NCBI GenBank assembly: GCA_965261005.1
Contig: OZ253375.1
Location: 1,440,001 to 1,504,000, forward strand
DNA: 64,000 nt
Source: Deinococcus sp.
GTDB lineage: Bacteria; Deinococcota; Deinococci; Deinococcales; Deinococcaceae
Reading direction: 5' to 3'
The notes below the pieces were generated by a model. That model was not told where the DNA came from and did no database searches. It was given only the letters and a program-made list of their open reading frames with translations. Positions 1 to 13,794 of this stretch are shown piece by piece. The first letter of the stretch is position 1, and each line of letters opens with the position of its first letter. Both the position numbers and the translations under genes were made by a program.

Positions 1-1512
1 TTGCGCGCCTTTGCGGCCCAGATCGGCGTCAGCCGCACCAACCGCACGGTGGACTTGGCACTTTATGAAAACGCCGTGCGCGACGACCTCAACGCCCGCG
101 CGCCGCGGGTGATGGCGGTGCTGCACCCGTTGCGGGTGGTGCTGAAGAACCTGGAAACAGAGCAGATGTTGCCGCTGCCGTACTGGCCGCGCGACGTGGT
201 GGACGCCTCACCGGACGGGCTGGTCGCTTTACCGAGCGGGGAGCGCGTGCCGCCGGGGGAGGCCGTGCGCACGGCGCCGCTGACCCGCGAAATCTACATC
301 GAGCAGAGCGACTTCGCCTCCGAGCCGCCCCCCGGCTGGAAGCGCCTTATCCCCGGCGGCACGGTGCGGCTGCGCGGCGCGGGCGTGGTGCGCTGTGACG
401 AGGTGGTGACGGGCGCGTCGGGCGAGCTGTCCCACCTGATCTGCACGCTGCTGCCACAGGACGCGCGCGCGCGGGGCGTGATCCACTGGGTCAGCGCCGC
501 GCGCGGCGTGGCCGCCGACTTCCGCCTCTACGACCGCCTGTTCACGGTGCCGCTGCCCGAGGCCCAAGCGAACGAGGACCAAGCGGGCGAGCATCAGCCG
601 GACGAGGGCCAAGCCCAAGCTGTTCAGGACCAGTTGCGCCAAGCCGAGCCGGGCGCCGAGGAGAACCCGGAGGACGGGCCGGGGGACTTTCTGGCCTACG
701 TCAACCCCAGGAGCTTAGAGACGGCGCGCGGCTTCGTCGAGCCGAGCGTCTTGGGGGATCCGCCGGGGACCCGCTACCAATTCGAGCGGGTGGGCTACTT
801 TTGGCGCGACCCGGAGGACGGGCGCGGCGAGACGCCGATCTTCAACCGCATCGTCGGCTTGAAAGACAGCTGGGAAGGCCATGGGGCGGGGGCGAGACGC
901 CCGGAAGAGCAGCCCGCCGAAAAAAAGGCGGCCCAGCCCCAGAACGCCGAAATCGCTCTCACCCCGGGGCAGCAGTCGGACGCCGATCTCTGGCGCGCGC
1001 GCGGCGTGGGCGAGGCGGAGGCGGCCGTGCTCGCCCGCGAGCCGCAGTTGGCCGCCTACTTAGAAGAGGCCGCCGCGCACGCCCCGGCCGGTCAAGCGGT
1101 CGGCGCCCTAGCGAGCTGGGTGGTGAACGACTTGGGCGGCCCCCTGCGCGACGGCACCAACCGGGTAACGCCGCGCGCCCTGGCCGACTTGGTGCGGCTG
1201 ATTGAGGGCGGCACCATCACCGCGCGCATCGCCAAGGACATGCTGGCGCGGGCGCAGCGGGGCGGGGAGGCGCCCGCCGACATCGTGGCGCGCGAGAACT
1301 TGCGCCAAGTCAGCGACGCGGGCGAGCTGGAGGCGGCGGTGGAGGCGGCCCTCGCCGCCCACCCCGACAAGCTGGCCGAGTACCGCGCGGGGCGCACGGG
1401 CCTGCTCGGCTTTTTCACCGGCCAGGTGATGAAGGCGACCGGGGGCCGGGCCAATCCGCAGGTGCTGCGCGAAGTGCTGGAGCGCCGCTTGATGGAGGGC
1501 GGCGAGGAGTAA
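1..1512 (+). CDS. glnS: Glutamine--tRNA ligase with C-terminal Yqey/GatB-like domain (5' truncated by window)
   Basis: RVMAVL, IHWVSA, RLYDRLF and YQFERVGYF motifs; C-terminal 'GLLGFFTGQVMKATGGRANP' is GatB/Yqey-like, as known for deinococcal GlnRS. Confidence 0.93.
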   Translation: MRAFAAQIGVSRTNRTVDLALYENAVRDDLNARAPRVMAVLHPLRVVLKNLETEQMLPLPYWPRDVVDASPDGLVALPSGERVPPGEAVRTAPLTREIYIEQSDFASEPPPGWKRLIPGGTVRLRGAGVVRCDEVVTGASGELSHLICTLLPQDARARGVIHWVSAARGVAADFRLYDRLFTVPLPEAQANEDQAGEHQPDEGQAQAVQDQLRQAEPGAEENPEDGPGDFLAYVNPRSLETARGFVEPSVLGDPPGTRYQFERVGYFWRDPEDGRGETPIFNRIVGLKDSWEGHGAGARRPEEQPAEKKAAQPQNAEIALTPGQQSDADLWRARGVGEAEAAVLAREPQLAAYLEEAAAHAPAGQAVGALASWVVNDLGGPLRDGTNRVTPRALADLVRLIEGGTITARIAKDMLARAQRGGEAPADIVARENLRQVSDAGELEAAVEAALAAHPDKLAEYRAGRTGLLGFFTGQVMKATGGRANPQVLREVLERRLMEGGEE

Positions 1513-1522
1513 GCGGGGGCCG

Positions 1523-2683
1523 CTACTCCTCTTCCAGCCGGGCGCGGCCCAGCAGTTCCAGCGCCGCCTCGCCGGACGGCGGGTGCATCAGGCCGGCGCG
1601 GGCGTCGCGGAAAAAGCGCTCCAGCGCCGAGCCGGGCGCCAAGGCCGCGCCGCCGGCGGCGCGCAGCGCCAGGTCGGTCGCGCGGGCGGCGGCGTCCGTG
1701 CAGGCGAACTTGGCGGCGGCCAAGTGGGGCAGCAGCGCCCCCCGCACCTCCGGGCGGCGCGACCAAGCCCGCGTGGCCCGGTCCAGCAAAGCCTCCGCCT
1801 GGGCCAGCGTCAGCTCGATCTCCCCCACCGCCGCTTGAATCTTCGGCAGGGTCGCGATGGGCCGCCCGAGGGCGCTGGGCACGCGCGTGCGGGCGTAGCC
1901 CATCAGCGCGTCCAGGGCGCCCCAGCCGACGCCCAGGTAGGTGGCGGCCACCGCGCCCCAGAACCAAGCGGCGCCGCTGGAGGACTTCTCGTTCGTGGGC
2001 GGAATGGCAAAGGCGTCGGGCACGAACACGTCTGAGAACACGACGTCGTGCGAGCCGCTGCCGCGCAGCGCGAGGGCGCCGTCCCAAGTGCGCTCTATGC
2101 TTACCCCCGCCGTGTCGGAAGGCAGCACGAAGCGCCACACCTCGTCCCCGACCGCCGCCGTCACCGCCAGGAAGTCCAGGGCCGGGGCGCCGGTGGACCA
2201 GGTCTTGCGCCCCGTCAGCTGCCAGCCGCCCGGCACTTGAACGGCCCTCGTCTGCGGCAGCCCCCCGCGCGACGGGCTGCCGAGTTCCGGCTCGCTGGCG
2301 AGGGCGTTGGTCAGGGCGCCGCGCTCCACGGCGGCGCGGGCGACCAGGTCGTAGAGGGGCGCCGGCCAGCCGCCCCCCTCGCCGAGGCCGCCCAGCACGT
2401 GGCCGTTCATGGCCGCGATCAGGGCCAGCGAGGCGTCGGCCCGCCCCAGGCGCGTCTGAACCAGCGCAAACTCGTGCAGGGTGGCCCCGCCCCCGCCCAG
2501 CCGCCCCGGCACCGTGAGGGCCGGGAGGCCGCTCGCCTTGAGGGCGGCGACGGCCGCTTGGGATACTGTCCCCGCGCGGTCGGCCTCGGCGGCATGGGCG
2601 GCGAAGACTTGGGCCAAGTCGTCCGCCCGCCCCAGCAGGGCCGCCTCGCGCGGGGACAGGTCGGGCAGGTCGGGCAGCGTCAT
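1523..2683 (-). CDS. Acyl-CoA dehydrogenase family protein
   Basis: SEP..GS, LTGRKTWSTGA, LRGSGSHDVVF and LERFFRDAR motifs. Confidence 0.88.
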   Translation of the reverse strand: MTLPDLPDLSPREAALLGRADDLAQVFAAHAAEADRAGTVSQAAVAALKASGLPALTVPGRLGGGGATLHEFALVQTRLGRADASLALIAAMNGHVLGGLGEGGGWPAPLYDLVARAAVERGALTNALASEPELGSPSRGGLPQTRAVQVPGGWQLTGRKTWSTGAPALDFLAVTAAVGDEVWRFVLPSDTAGVSIERTWDGALALRGSGSHDVVFSDVFVPDAFAIPPTNEKSSSGAAWFWGAVAATYLGVGWGALDALMGYARTRVPSALGRPIATLPKIQAAVGEIELTLAQAEALLDRATRAWSRRPEVRGALLPHLAAAKFACTDAAARATDLALRAAGGAALAPGSALERFFRDARAGLMHPPSGEAALELLGRARLEEE

Positions 2684-2808
2684 GGCCCCAGCCTACGGCA
2701 AGACCGGCCCGCTGCCCAGCGCGCCCCCCGGAAGGCATTCTCAACACAAACTCCGCCCCAAAGTACGTTCCGGCGCCCCTTGACATTCAGCCCTCCCGAC
2801 ACTTTTTC

Positions 2809-2856
2809 TTGACACGAAGCTGACGCGCTGACTAGGATTGTGTTATGGAGACACTT
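2809..2856 (+). promoter_or_regulatory. nrtR promoter with overlapping NrtR-type operator
   Basis: TTGACA (2809-2814), 18 nt, TAGGAT (2833-2838), 6 nt, ATG; GTGT-N7-ACAC palindrome at 2840-2854. Confidence 0.55.
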
Positions 2857-3522
2857 AGCCTGCCACCACGGGCCGCGCAGGTCGGGCTGGCGGTGGACGT
2901 GGCCGCCTTCGCCATGCACGCGGGCGAATTGCAGGTGCTGCTCGTTCGGCGCGGCACCGGACCACATGAGCAGGTTTGGGCGCTGCCCGGCGGCTTCGTG
3001 CAGCGGGCCGAGGAGCTGCGCGAAGCCGCGTTGCGCGAGTTGCGCGAGGAGACCGCGGTGACGCTGGAGCCGCGCCACCTGGAGCAGTTCTACACCTTCG
3101 GCACCCCCGAGCGCGATCCGCGCGGGCGCATCGTCTCGGTGGCGCACATGGCCGTGTTGCCGCACGGCACCGTGCGCGTGAGTGGCGGCTCGGGCGCCCT
3201 CGACGCGGCCTGGTTCCCGGCCCACCGCCCGCCCGCCCTCGCCTTTGACCACGCCGGCATTCTGGAGCGCGCCCTCAAACGGCTTCAGGTCCGGCTGGAG
3301 TACGCCCAGTTGGCGCTGGAATTCCTGCCCGAGACCTTCACGCTGCCCGAGCTGCAAGAGGTCCACGAGGCGATCTTGGCGAGAAAGCTCGACAAGCGCA
3401 ACTTTCGCAAGCGGTTGCTGGCCCAGGGGCTGCTGAGTCCATCGGGCGAGCGGCGCAGCGGCGTGGGGCGGCCGGCGCAGCTTTACAAAAGGGCCAAGGG
3501 CGCCAGGCGGCCGGAGCTGTGA
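2845..3522 (+). CDS. nrtR: NrtR family Nudix/wHTH transcriptional regulator
   Basis: WALPGGFV..E.L..AA.REL.EET Nudix box, RDPRGR, LAFDH, FTLPELQ, LDKRNFRK, GRPAQLY. Confidence 0.85.
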   Translation: METLSLPPRAAQVGLAVDVAAFAMHAGELQVLLVRRGTGPHEQVWALPGGFVQRAEELREAALRELREETAVTLEPRHLEQFYTFGTPERDPRGRIVSVAHMAVLPHGTVRVSGGSGALDAAWFPAHRPPALAFDHAGILERALKRLQVRLEYAQLALEFLPETFTLPELQEVHEAILARKLDKRNFRKRLLAQGLLSPSGERRSGVGRPAQLYKRAKGARRPEL

Positions 3523-3581
3523 CACCCGCTTTCGTTCCCCGGCACCTTCACGCCCCCCGTGCTCCGCTAGACTGACCCCAT

Positions 3582-3908
3582 ATGACCATGCGGAAATTTC
3601 TCAAGGAAAAGCGGGCGGCGCAGGGCGGCGACCTGATGAAGCAGCTTCAAGACGCCCAAGCGGCGGCCGAGCAGATTCAGGAGCAGCTGGCCCAGCAAAG
3701 CGTGGAGGGCACGGCCAGCGGCCTGGTCAGCGTGACCATGAACGGCCAAGGCAAGGTGCTCTCGCTCAAGATCAAGCCCGAGGCCCTCGACCCGGACGAC
3801 GTGGAGTCCCTGGAGGACTTGCTGATGGTCGCCTTGCAAGACGCCAGCGATAAGGCCGACGCTTTACAGCAGCAAGCGACCAGCGGCCTGAGCCTGCCAG
3901 GCTTTTAA
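3582..3908 (+). CDS. ybaB: YbaB/EbfC nucleoid-associated protein
   Basis: G.V.VTMNG and DDVESLEDL motifs; immediately upstream of recR. Confidence 0.88.
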   Translation: MTMRKFLKEKRAAQGGDLMKQLQDAQAAAEQIQEQLAQQSVEGTASGLVSVTMNGQGKVLSLKIKPEALDPDDVESLEDLLMVALQDASDKADALQQQATSGLSLPGF

Positions 3909-3917
3909 GGCGACCCG

Positions 3918-4577
<660 letters not shown>

Positions 4578-4643
4578 CGGCCAAGCTCAAGACGGGGCCG
4601 GGAGATTCACACCGTTTTCTTAGGTGGGGTCTATACTGAACGG

Positions 4644-5000
4644 GTGCTAGAGCAGCATCTTTCCCAACTCGTCGCCGACGTGAGCGGCGCCTCGGGGGCG
4701 GCCATCGGCGGCTTCGACGGCCTTTTGGTCGAGGGACACGGCGCCTCGGGGGCGGACCTCAGCTTGCTGGTGGCCGAACACGCCGGCCTTCTGCGCGCGG
4801 CCTTCGGCGCCTTTGAACACACCCTGTCCGGCGGCCAAGTCCGTGAGTTATACCTGCGCGGCGACGCCCTGAGCATGTACAGCGTGCCCATGAACGCGGA
4901 CCTGTTCTTGATGGTCATTTTGGGCAGTGCCGGCAACAACCTCGGCCAAGCGCGCCTCTACACCCTGTCGGCGGCCCAAAAGCTGCGGGAGGAATTATGA
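4644..5000 (+). CDS. Roadblock/LC7 (MglB-like) protein
   Basis: 118 aa, 'DVSGASGAAIGGFDGLLVE' and 'NLGQARL'. Confidence 0.8.
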   Translation: MLEQHLSQLVADVSGASGAAIGGFDGLLVEGHGASGADLSLLVAEHAGLLRAAFGAFEHTLSGGQVRELYLRGDALSMYSVPMNADLFLMVILGSAGNNLGQARLYTLSAAQKLREEL

Positions 5001-5341
5001 ACGTGCGCCCGCTTTTGGACGTGCCGGGCGTGCGCGGCGCGGCCTTGGTCGGTGTGGATGGGTTGCCCCTGGAGGCTTACGGCGAGGACGCCGAGGTGCT
5101 GGCCGCCGAACTCAGCGCCCTGCGCGCCAGCTTGGAGCGGCTGTCGCGCCGTCTGAGCGGCGGCGCGGTCACGCGGCTCGCTTGGACCAGCGAACGCCTG
5201 GAGGTGGTGGCCATCAGCGTCGGCGAACACACCCTCGGCGTCAGCGTGGCGCGCGGCGGCGACACCCGGCCGGCCCAGCTCGAACTCGCCCGCGCCGCCG
5301 CCGACTTGGCGCGGCGCCTGCCGGTGTTGCAGGAAGAGTGA
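4997..5341 (+). CDS. Roadblock/LC7 (MglB-like) protein
   Basis: 'VPGVRGAALVGVDGLPLE'; ATGA overlap with previous gene. Confidence 0.8.
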   Translation: MNVRPLLDVPGVRGAALVGVDGLPLEAYGEDAEVLAAELSALRASLERLSRRLSGGAVTRLAWTSERLEVVAISVGEHTLGVSVARGGDTRPAQLELARAAADLARRLPVLQEE

Positions 5342-5688
5342 AGGTGCCCGCCAAGGTGTTGGAACAAGTGATGCAGGTGCGCGGCGTCCAGCGGGCCGCC
5401 CTGTTCGACGAGGGGGGACAGCTGATCGAGGCCCTCGGCGGTGCGCCGGACGCCGCCGTCGTGTCGGCCGGACGCGCCATCGCGGCCAGCTTACGCGGCG
5501 CCGTCGGCGGCGGCGACTTGCGCGACCTGGTGATCGACTTCGAGGACGGCCCGGTGCTGCTGACCGCCTTGGGGGAGCGCACGCTGCTGACCGCCTTTGA
5601 CGACGTGGCGAACTTGGGCCGCCTGAGGTACGCGGTCAAGCGGGCGGTTCAGGCGGAAGCTCGCCCGCCCAGTTCGTCCGCCGGTTAA
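5338..5688 (+). CDS. Roadblock/LC7 (MglB-like) protein
   Basis: GTGA overlap; '[18 protein letters not shown]...NLGRLRY' (3' part of ORF 4927..5688). Confidence 0.75.
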   Translation: MKVPAKVLEQVMQVRGVQRAALFDEGGQLIEALGGAPDAAVVSAGRAIAASLRGAVGGGDLRDLVIDFEDGPVLLTALGERTLLTAFDDVANLGRLRYAVKRAVQAEARPPSSSAG

Positions 5689-7547
5689 TCCGCCGCCAGG
5701 CCACCCCCCTCGTATTGCAGCCGGTAAAGCCGCGCGTAGTAGCCGCCCTGGGCGAGCAATTCGCGGTGGGTGCCCTCCTCCACCACCTTGCCGCGGCGCA
5801 TCACCACGATGCGGTCGCAATGCTCGATGGTGCTCAGGCGGTGCGCGATGATAATAGAGGTGCGGCCCGCCATCACCTTGGCGAGGGCGTCCTGAATCTG
5901 AAGCTCGGTCTCGGTGTCGATGGAGGCGGTGGCCTCGTCGAGCACCAACAGAATGTCGGGGTTCTGAATCAGGGCGCGCGCAAAGGCGATCAATTGCTTT
6001 TGGCCGGTCGAGAGCGTGGCGCCGCGCTCGCGCACCTCGCTTTCGTAGCCGTCGGGCAGGTTCACGATGAACTCGTGGACGCCCACGTACTTGCAGGCCT
6101 GCACCACCCGCTCGTGCGGAATGTCGGGGCTTCCCAGGGTCAGGTTGGTCTCCATGGTGCCGGCGAACAGGAACACGTCCTGAAGGACCACGCCGATGTG
6201 GCGCCGAAGGTCGTGCTGCGCCAGGTCGCGCACGTCGGTGCCGTCCACCCGCACGCTGCCCAATTGCACGTCGTAAAAGCGGCTCACGAGGGAGGTGATG
6301 CTGGTCTTGCCGGCCCCCGTCGCGCCCACCAAGGCGACGCTCTCGCCGGGCTTGATGTGCAAATCAATCCCGCGCAAAGTCCAGCGGTCGTCCCCCTCGG
6401 GCATGTCGGGGTCGGCCTCCGGGTCATAGCTGAACCACACGCCGTCGAGGTCCACCTGACCGCGAAAGTGCTCCAGCCGCCCCGCGCCGGGCTTGTCGGC
6501 CACCGTCTCGCGGGTGTCCAGCACCCCGAAGATGCGCTCGCTGGAGGCCATCGCCGCCTGAAGGTTGTTGAACACGTCGGCGAGGTCTTGAATCGGCTGA
6601 AACAATTGCGAGATCAGCAGGGTAAAGGCGTAGAGGGTGCCCACTGTCATGCCGCCGCCCGCTGCAGATACGTCGCCCAGAATCTGCCGGCCGGCGTACC
6701 ACAGCACCAAGGCGGTGGCGACCTGCGCCAGAATGGCGACGGTCGGCTGAAACAGCGAGAACCAGGTGATGGTGTTGAGGTTCGCGCGCAGCAGGCCGCG
6801 GTTGCTGTGGTCGAAGTCCACGGTGCTCCTGGCCTCGCGGCCGAACAGCTGCACCGTCAGCATGCCGGTGATGTTCTCGTTGAGCTTGGTGTTGACGATG
6901 GCCTGCTGAATGCGGGTGTCGCGGTAGGTGTCGCGGATCTTGGTGCGAAAATAGTTGGTGGCGGCGAAGAGAATGGGCAGCACCGCGAAGCTGACCAGCG
7001 CCAAGCGCCAGTTCAGGCCCAACATGATGACCACATAGGCCACGATCAGAAAGCTCGACTGCACCAAGGCAGTCAGGCCGTTCACGATGAAGTTGTTGAT
7101 GGCGTCCACATCGCTGGTCACGCGCGTCAGCAGGCGGCCCACCGGGTTTTGGTCGAAGTAGGCCAGTTGCAGCCGTTGCAGCTTGGTGAAGAGGTCGGCG
7201 CGGATGTCATACAGCACGCGCTGGCCCAACAGATTGATGGCAAGGGTAAAGCCGTAACGCAGCGCGAACTCCAGCACCTTGAGGCCCAGATAGAGGAGGG
7301 CCGCCCACAGCAGCAGGTTAAAGAGGGCTTGGCGCGAGGCCGCGCCGGCCAGGGCTTCCGGCTTGAGCGTGTGGTCAATGGCGTAGCGCGAAATCAGCGG
7401 AAAGGCCGGCTGCGCCAGGGCGATCAGGGCGGCCAGGGCCACGCCGCCCAAGGTCAGGCCGAGGTAGGGCTTCAGGTACCCCAGCAAGCGGCGGGTCAAG
7501 TTGAGGTCGAAGGCCTTGCGAAAAGCCTCGTCGGCTTGAATGGTCAC
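5685..7547 (-). CDS. ABC exporter TMD+NBD subunit
   Basis: [26 protein letters not shown]. Confidence 0.93.
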   Translation of the reverse strand: MTIQADEAFRKAFDLNLTRRLLGYLKPYLGLTLGGVALAALIALAQPAFPLISRYAIDHTLKPEALAGAASRQALFNLLLWAALLYLGLKVLEFALRYGFTLAINLLGQRVLYDIRADLFTKLQRLQLAYFDQNPVGRLLTRVTSDVDAINNFIVNGLTALVQSSFLIVAYVVIMLGLNWRLALVSFAVLPILFAATNYFRTKIRDTYRDTRIQQAIVNTKLNENITGMLTVQLFGREARSTVDFDHSNRGLLRANLNTITWFSLFQPTVAILAQVATALVLWYAGRQILGDVSAAGGGMTVGTLYAFTLLISQLFQPIQDLADVFNNLQAAMASSERIFGVLDTRETVADKPGAGRLEHFRGQVDLDGVWFSYDPEADPDMPEGDDRWTLRGIDLHIKPGESVALVGATGAGKTSITSLVSRFYDVQLGSVRVDGTDVRDLAQHDLRRHIGVVLQDVFLFAGTMETNLTLGSPDIPHERVVQACKYVGVHEFIVNLPDGYESEVRERGATLSTGQKQLIAFARALIQNPDILLVLDEATASIDTETELQIQDALAKVMAGRTSIIIAHRLSTIEHCDRIVVMRRGKVVEEGTHRELLAQGGYYARLYRLQYEGGGLAAD

Positions 7548-9406
7548 CTTGTTTTCTCCTCACGGGGGCGCGGCGTGTCCTGTTCGAGTTCGCCGGCGAG
7601 GCGCTGCTTGCGCTCCAACTCGGCGTAACGCCCGCCCCGCGCGAGCAGCTCCTGGTGGCTCCCCTGCTCCGCAATGCGGCCGTCCTCCAGCACCACGATG
7701 TGGTCCGCGTGGCGCAGGGTGGAGACCCGGTGCCCGATCAGCAGCACGGTGCGCCCCTGCTGCACCTGCTTCAGGCCCTCCAGAATGCGCGACTCGGTCT
7801 CGGTGTCCACCGCGCTGGTCGCGTCGTCGAGGATCAGGATGCGCGGCTCGCGCGCCAAGGCGCGCGCCAGGGCAGTGCGCTGGCGCTGGCCGCCGGACAG
7901 AGTCACGCCGCGCTCGCCCAGCAGGGTGTCGTACTGAGCGGGAAAGTCCTCCACGTCGCCCGCCAGGCCCGCCAAGGCGGCCGCCTCCCGCACGCGCGCC
8001 ATGTCAGGACGGCCCTGGTCGTCGGCCTGCTCGCGGGTGTTCAGCACCGAGACGCGCGTCGGCACCGGCTCGAAGCGCTCGTTGCCCAGCCCAAAGGCGA
8101 TGTTGCTGGCGATGGTGTCGCTGAATAAAAAGGGTTCCTGCGGCACCACCGCGACCTGATCGCGCAGGGTACGCAGCGGAATGGAGCGCACGTCGTTGCC
8201 GTCAATCAGCACCCGGCCCGAGCTGGGATCCATCAGGCGCACCACCAATTGCGACAGCAGCGTCTTGCCGCTGCCGGTCGGGCCGGTGATGCCCACGGTC
8301 CGCCCCGGCGGCACGTGCAAATTGATGTCGCGCAGAATCACGGCGTCCCCGAAGCGCAGGGAGACGTTCTCGAAGCGGACGTCGCCGCGCAGCTCCCTGA
8401 GACCGCGCTCGGTGCGCCCCGAGTCATGAACGACCGGGCGGCTGCCGAAGATTTCCCACAAGCGGCCCCACGACGCCACGCCACGCTGCACCAAGTTGGT
8501 CATCAGGCCAATCGAGAGCATCGGCCACGCCAGGCGCTCCACCACGCCCGCGAATTGGGTGAACTGCCCCAGCGTGATGGTGCCCCCCGGCACCAAGCCC
8601 AGAATCAGGCGCCCGCCGTAGATCAGCACCACCACGTAGGCGACGCCCATCAAAAAGGCCATAAAGGCCTGGAGCGGCCCTTGCACGGCGGCGAGGCCCA
8701 CCGAGCGGCGCACCAATTCGTCGTTCAGCCCCTTGTACTGGGCGATCTCGCGGTCCTCGATGGCGTAGCCCTTGACCACCCGCGCGCCCGAAAAGTTTTC
8801 TTGCGCCCGCGCGCTGATCTCGGAGTTCTGCTCCTGCACCGCCACGTAGCGCGCGGAAATCTGGCGCGCCAGCCACACCAGCACCGCGATGATCACCGGA
8901 AAGACCAAGAGAACCAGCAGCGTGAGGCGCCACGAGATGCCGAACATGACGAACAGCGACGTGACAAAGGCCGACACGATGCTGGCGATCTGCCACACGC
9001 CGAAGCCCAGCATCTCGCGCACCGCGAGGAGGTCGCCGGTGAGGCGGTTCATCAAGTCCCCGGTGCGGGCGCGGTCGTAGTAGGCCTTGTCGAGCAAGGT
9101 GAGGTGGTCGTACAGATCGCGCCGGACCTCGTACTCGGTCTGACGGCTCGCCACCGTGATTTGGCGGCGCACGGTCAGCATGAGGAGGGCGCTCAGGGCG
9201 GCGCCACCCACCACCCCAAAGGCCAGCAGCGTCAATTGGCCCGCCGGCAAGTTGCGGACCGTCAGGCCGTCGATCACCAAGCGCACGAAGTACAACGGCA
9301 GCTGGATGGCGGCGTTGGCGAGCAGCACCGCCACCAAGCCGATCACATACTGGCGGCGGTGCGTGACAAGGTAAGGCCACAGCGTTCTCAAGTTGTTCAA
9401 AATCAC
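7544..9406 (-). CDS. ABC exporter TMD+NBD subunit (degenerate Walker B; heterodimer partner)
   Basis: [21 protein letters not shown] (D in place of catalytic E). Confidence 0.93.
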   Translation of the reverse strand: MILNNLRTLWPYLVTHRRQYVIGLVAVLLANAAIQLPLYFVRLVIDGLTVRNLPAGQLTLLAFGVVGGAALSALLMLTVRRQITVASRQTEYEVRRDLYDHLTLLDKAYYDRARTGDLMNRLTGDLLAVREMLGFGVWQIASIVSAFVTSLFVMFGISWRLTLLVLLVFPVIIAVLVWLARQISARYVAVQEQNSEISARAQENFSGARVVKGYAIEDREIAQYKGLNDELVRRSVGLAAVQGPLQAFMAFLMGVAYVVVLIYGGRLILGLVPGGTITLGQFTQFAGVVERLAWPMLSIGLMTNLVQRGVASWGRLWEIFGSRPVVHDSGRTERGLRELRGDVRFENVSLRFGDAVILRDINLHVPPGRTVGITGPTGSGKTLLSQLVVRLMDPSSGRVLIDGNDVRSIPLRTLRDQVAVVPQEPFLFSDTIASNIAFGLGNERFEPVPTRVSVLNTREQADDQGRPDMARVREAAALAGLAGDVEDFPAQYDTLLGERGVTLSGGQRQRTALARALAREPRILILDDATSAVDTETESRILEGLKQVQQGRTVLLIGHRVSTLRHADHIVVLEDGRIAEQGSHQELLARGGRYAELERKQRLAGELEQDTPRPREEKTR

Positions 9407-9543
9407 CCCACGAAAACAAAAGTCGCGTCCCAGTCTACGCGCGCTCGCAACTCAACACTATGCGCCAATTGGCGCAGGTCAACCGTGAGGTGAAGCGGGA
9501 CGCAAAAACTCGAAATCAGCGCTGTCAACGCTGTTTTGTCGCC

Positions 9544-9572
9544 TTGACTTTGCTGAAAGTGGGTGTTAGTAT
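9544..9572 (+). promoter_or_regulatory. sigma70-type promoter of tRNA-tuf operon
   Basis: TTGACT-17 nt-TAGTAT with extended -10 TG. Confidence 0.6.
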
Positions 9573-9663
9573 CCCAATCCGGAAGCGGGGCAGGCTGTAG
9601 CCCACGTTTCCGCGCCCAGGCAGACGAAGTCCAAGCAGTCAAGGCCGGACGGTCAGGAGAGGT

Positions 9664-9739
<76 letters not shown>

Positions 9740-9764
9740 AGGTTTAGTTGTGGGCCAAAAGTTG

Positions 9765-9997
<233 letters not shown>

Positions 9998-10005
9998 GCC
10001 AGCCC

Positions 10006-10080
<75 letters not shown>

Positions 10081-10181
10081 GACGCTTCGCCTCGGCTTCG
10101 TCATATACTCGGGTCACACACTCGGATGAAGTCGCGCATGGCCCGCCAACACGCGGGCCACTTTTTCAGGGAGGAAAGAGC

Positions 10182-11399
<1,218 letters not shown>

Positions 11400-11579
11400 G
11401 GCTCGGTTAGATAAGGGAGGACGGCCTGGCCGTCTTCCCTGCTTTGTTGACACCCGGCCCCTCAGCTGAGAGAATACCCTCTGTTGCCTGCCTCACGGCA
11501 GGCTTTTACCAGTCGCTTCCTCAACAGCGGGGACGGCAAGACTGGGAGTTCGCACGAAGCGGACGAAAGGAGTACGGAC

Positions 11580-11747
11580 ATGGCCAAGGAAGGCCCACGC
11601 ATTATCATCAAGATGGAGAGCAGCGCCGGCACGGGGTTTTACTACACGACCACCAAGAACCGGCGCAACACCCAGGCCAAGCTGGAACTCAAGAAGTACG
11701 ATCCGGTAGCCAAAAAGCACGTTCCCTTCCGGGAAAAGAAGATCTGA
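11580..11747 (+). CDS. rpmG: 50S ribosomal protein L33 (non-zinc form)
   Basis: [23 protein letters not shown]; no Cys. Confidence 0.97.
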   Translation: MAKEGPRIIIKMESSAGTGFYYTTTKNRRNTQAKLELKKYDPVAKKHVPFREKKI

Positions 11748-11771
11748 GTTGAGCGGGCGAGGAGTTGGGGC

Positions 11772-11957
11772 GTGAACAACGTGGTGCGGTACTTCGCGGA
11801 GGCGCGCGAGGAGCTTTCGCGCGTCACCTGGCCGACCCGGACGCAGGTGATCGAGGGTACCCAGGTGGTGCTGGCCTTTATCATCGTCCTGACGCTGTTC
11901 ATCTTCGTGCTGGATACCGTCTTCCAAAACCTGATTCGATTGGTGGTGCCGCAATGA
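11772..11957 (+). CDS. secE: Preprotein translocase SecE
   Basis: ELSRVTWP plus one TM helix; synteny. Confidence 0.95.
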   Translation: MNNVVRYFAEAREELSRVTWPTRTQVIEGTQVVLAFIIVLTLFIFVLDTVFQNLIRLVVPQ

Positions 11958-12529
11958 GCATCGAGTGGTATGCCGTTCACACCTACGTGGGCCAAGAAGA
12001 CCGGGTCGAAACCAACCTGATGGAGCGCGCCAAAAAGCTGAGCCTCTTCAACACCAAGATCTTTCAGGTGTTGCAGCCCAGCGAGGACGCGATGGAATTG
12101 CGCGAGGGCGGCAAAAAGGAAGTCGTCAAGCGCAAGCTGTTTCCCGGTTACGTCTTCGTGCAGATGGACGTCGAGGACGACGACGCGCCCGGCGAAATGG
12201 GTGAGTCGTGGGAGGCGGTGCGCGGCACGCCCGGCGTGACCGGCTTCGTGGGCACCGCGACCCACCCGGTGCCGCTGTCCAACGACGAGGTGCAGCGCCT
12301 GCTGCAATCGGTGGGCGTGACGGCCAAAGTCAAGACGGCTGAGGCGCCGCGCGTCAAGGTCAGCTTCAAGGAGGGCGATATGGTGCGCGTCACCAGCGGT
12401 CCCTTCGCCGACTTCAACGGCGTGATCTCGGAAGTCAACCCGCCGCAGGCCAAAGTGAAGGTGCTGGTCAGCATCTTCGGGCGCGAAACGCCGGTCGAGT
12501 TGGACTTCGCCCAAGTGTCCAGGGGCTGA
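11954..12529 (+). CDS. nusG: Transcription factor NusG
   Basis: [37 protein letters not shown]. Confidence 0.98.
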   Translation: MSIEWYAVHTYVGQEDRVETNLMERAKKLSLFNTKIFQVLQPSEDAMELREGGKKEVVKRKLFPGYVFVQMDVEDDDAPGEMGESWEAVRGTPGVTGFVGTATHPVPLSNDEVQRLLQSVGVTAKVKTAEAPRVKVSFKEGDMVRVTSGPFADFNGVISEVNPPQAKVKVLVSIFGRETPVELDFAQVSRG

Positions 12530-12622
12530 AGCGGCTGTATATTGTGCAGGTTGCCCGTTCGGGCAGTTAGCGTCATCACCCCGGCACCTGCTGTGCCTTG
12601 GGGGAGCTAAGGAGGAAGTGTA

Positions 12623-13060
12623 ATGGCGAAGAAAGTCGTCGGTCTCGTGAAGTTGCAGTTGCCGGCGGGCAAGGCCACCCCGGCCCCGCCCGTGGGTCCC
12701 GCCCTCGGTCAGCACGGCGCCAACATCATGGAGTTTACCAAAGCCTTTAACGCGGCCACCGCCGACAAGGGCGACGCGATCATCCCGGTAGAGATCACCA
12801 TTTTCGCGGACCGCAGCTTCACCTTTATCACCAAGACGCCCCCGATGAGCTACCTGATTCGCAAGGCGAGCGGCATCGGCAAGGGAAGCGCCACCCCCAA
12901 CAAGGCCAAGGTCGGCAAGCTCACTTGGGACCAGGTGCTGGAGATCGCGCGCACCAAGCTGCCCGACCTCAACGCCGGCAGCGTGGAGGCGGCGGCCAAC
13001 ACCGTGGCCGGCACCGCCCGCAGCATGGGCGTGACAATCGAGGGAGGCCCGCGTGCCTAA
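12623..13060 (+). CDS. rplK: 50S ribosomal protein L11
   Basis: [15 protein letters not shown]. Confidence 0.99.
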   Translation: MAKKVVGLVKLQLPAGKATPAPPVGPALGQHGANIMEFTKAFNAATADKGDAIIPVEITIFADRSFTFITKTPPMSYLIRKASGIGKGSATPNKAKVGKLTWDQVLEIARTKLPDLNAGSVEAAANTVAGTARSMGVTIEGGPRA

Positions 13061-13739
13061 GCACGGCAAACGCTACCGCGCCCTCATGGGCCAGCTCGAC
13101 CAAAACAAGGTCTACAGCGTGGACGAGGCGACCGCCTTGGTCAAGACCATCGCGACCGCCAAGTTCGACGAGACCGTCGAGGTCCACTTCCGCCTGGGCA
13201 TCGACCCGCGCAAAAGTGACCAGAACGTGCGCGGCACCGTCGCCCTGCCGCACGGCACCGGGCGCAGCGTGCGGGTAGCCGCCATCACGCAGGGAGACCG
13301 CTTGGCCGAGGCCGAGGGGGCCGGGGCCGACGTGGTCGGCGGCGCCGACTTGATCGACCGGATCGCGGGCGGCTTTCTCGACTTCGACGCCGTGGTGGCC
13401 ACGCCCGACATGATGGCCCAGGTCGGCCAGAAGCTGGCGCGCCTGCTGGGGCCGCGCGGCCTGCTGCCCAACCCCAAGAGCGGCACCGTCGGCACCGACG
13501 TGGCCGGCATGGTGCGCGGCCTCAAGGCCGGGCGCATTGAGTTTCGCAACGACAAGACCGGCGTGGTTCACGCCCCCATCGGCAAGGCGTCGTTTGAGCC
13601 GAACAACCTGTCGGAGAATTTGCGCGCGTTGCACGGCGCCCTGGAAGGGGCCAAGCCCGCCAACGCCAAGGGCGTGTATATCCGCAGCGCCTTTGTGACC
13701 ACCACGATGGGGCCTTCGGTGGAAGTCACGCTCTCCTAA
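13053..13739 (+). CDS. rplA: 50S ribosomal protein L1
   Basis: [24 protein letters not shown]. Confidence 0.99.
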   Translation: MPKHGKRYRALMGQLDQNKVYSVDEATALVKTIATAKFDETVEVHFRLGIDPRKSDQNVRGTVALPHGTGRSVRVAAITQGDRLAEAEGAGADVVGGADLIDRIAGGFLDFDAVVATPDMMAQVGQKLARLLGPRGLLPNPKSGTVGTDVAGMVRGLKAGRIEFRNDKTGVVHAPIGKASFEPNNLSENLRALHGALEGAKPANAKGVYIRSAFVTTTMGPSVEVTLS

Positions 13740-13794
13740 TTCTGAACATCGGCATTCTTAAGATCAGCACCCCGGTGCGAAGGCACCTTTTCAC

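Noticed and set aside
900..1512. GatB/Yqey-like tail on GlnRS as a novel fusion
   Set aside because: Already described for deinococcal GlnRS
5715..7628. Long antisense/alternate-frame ORFs (also 1092-2786, 50896-52737, 59084-60553)
   Set aside because: Shadow ORFs expected in ~70% GC DNA opposite well-supported genes
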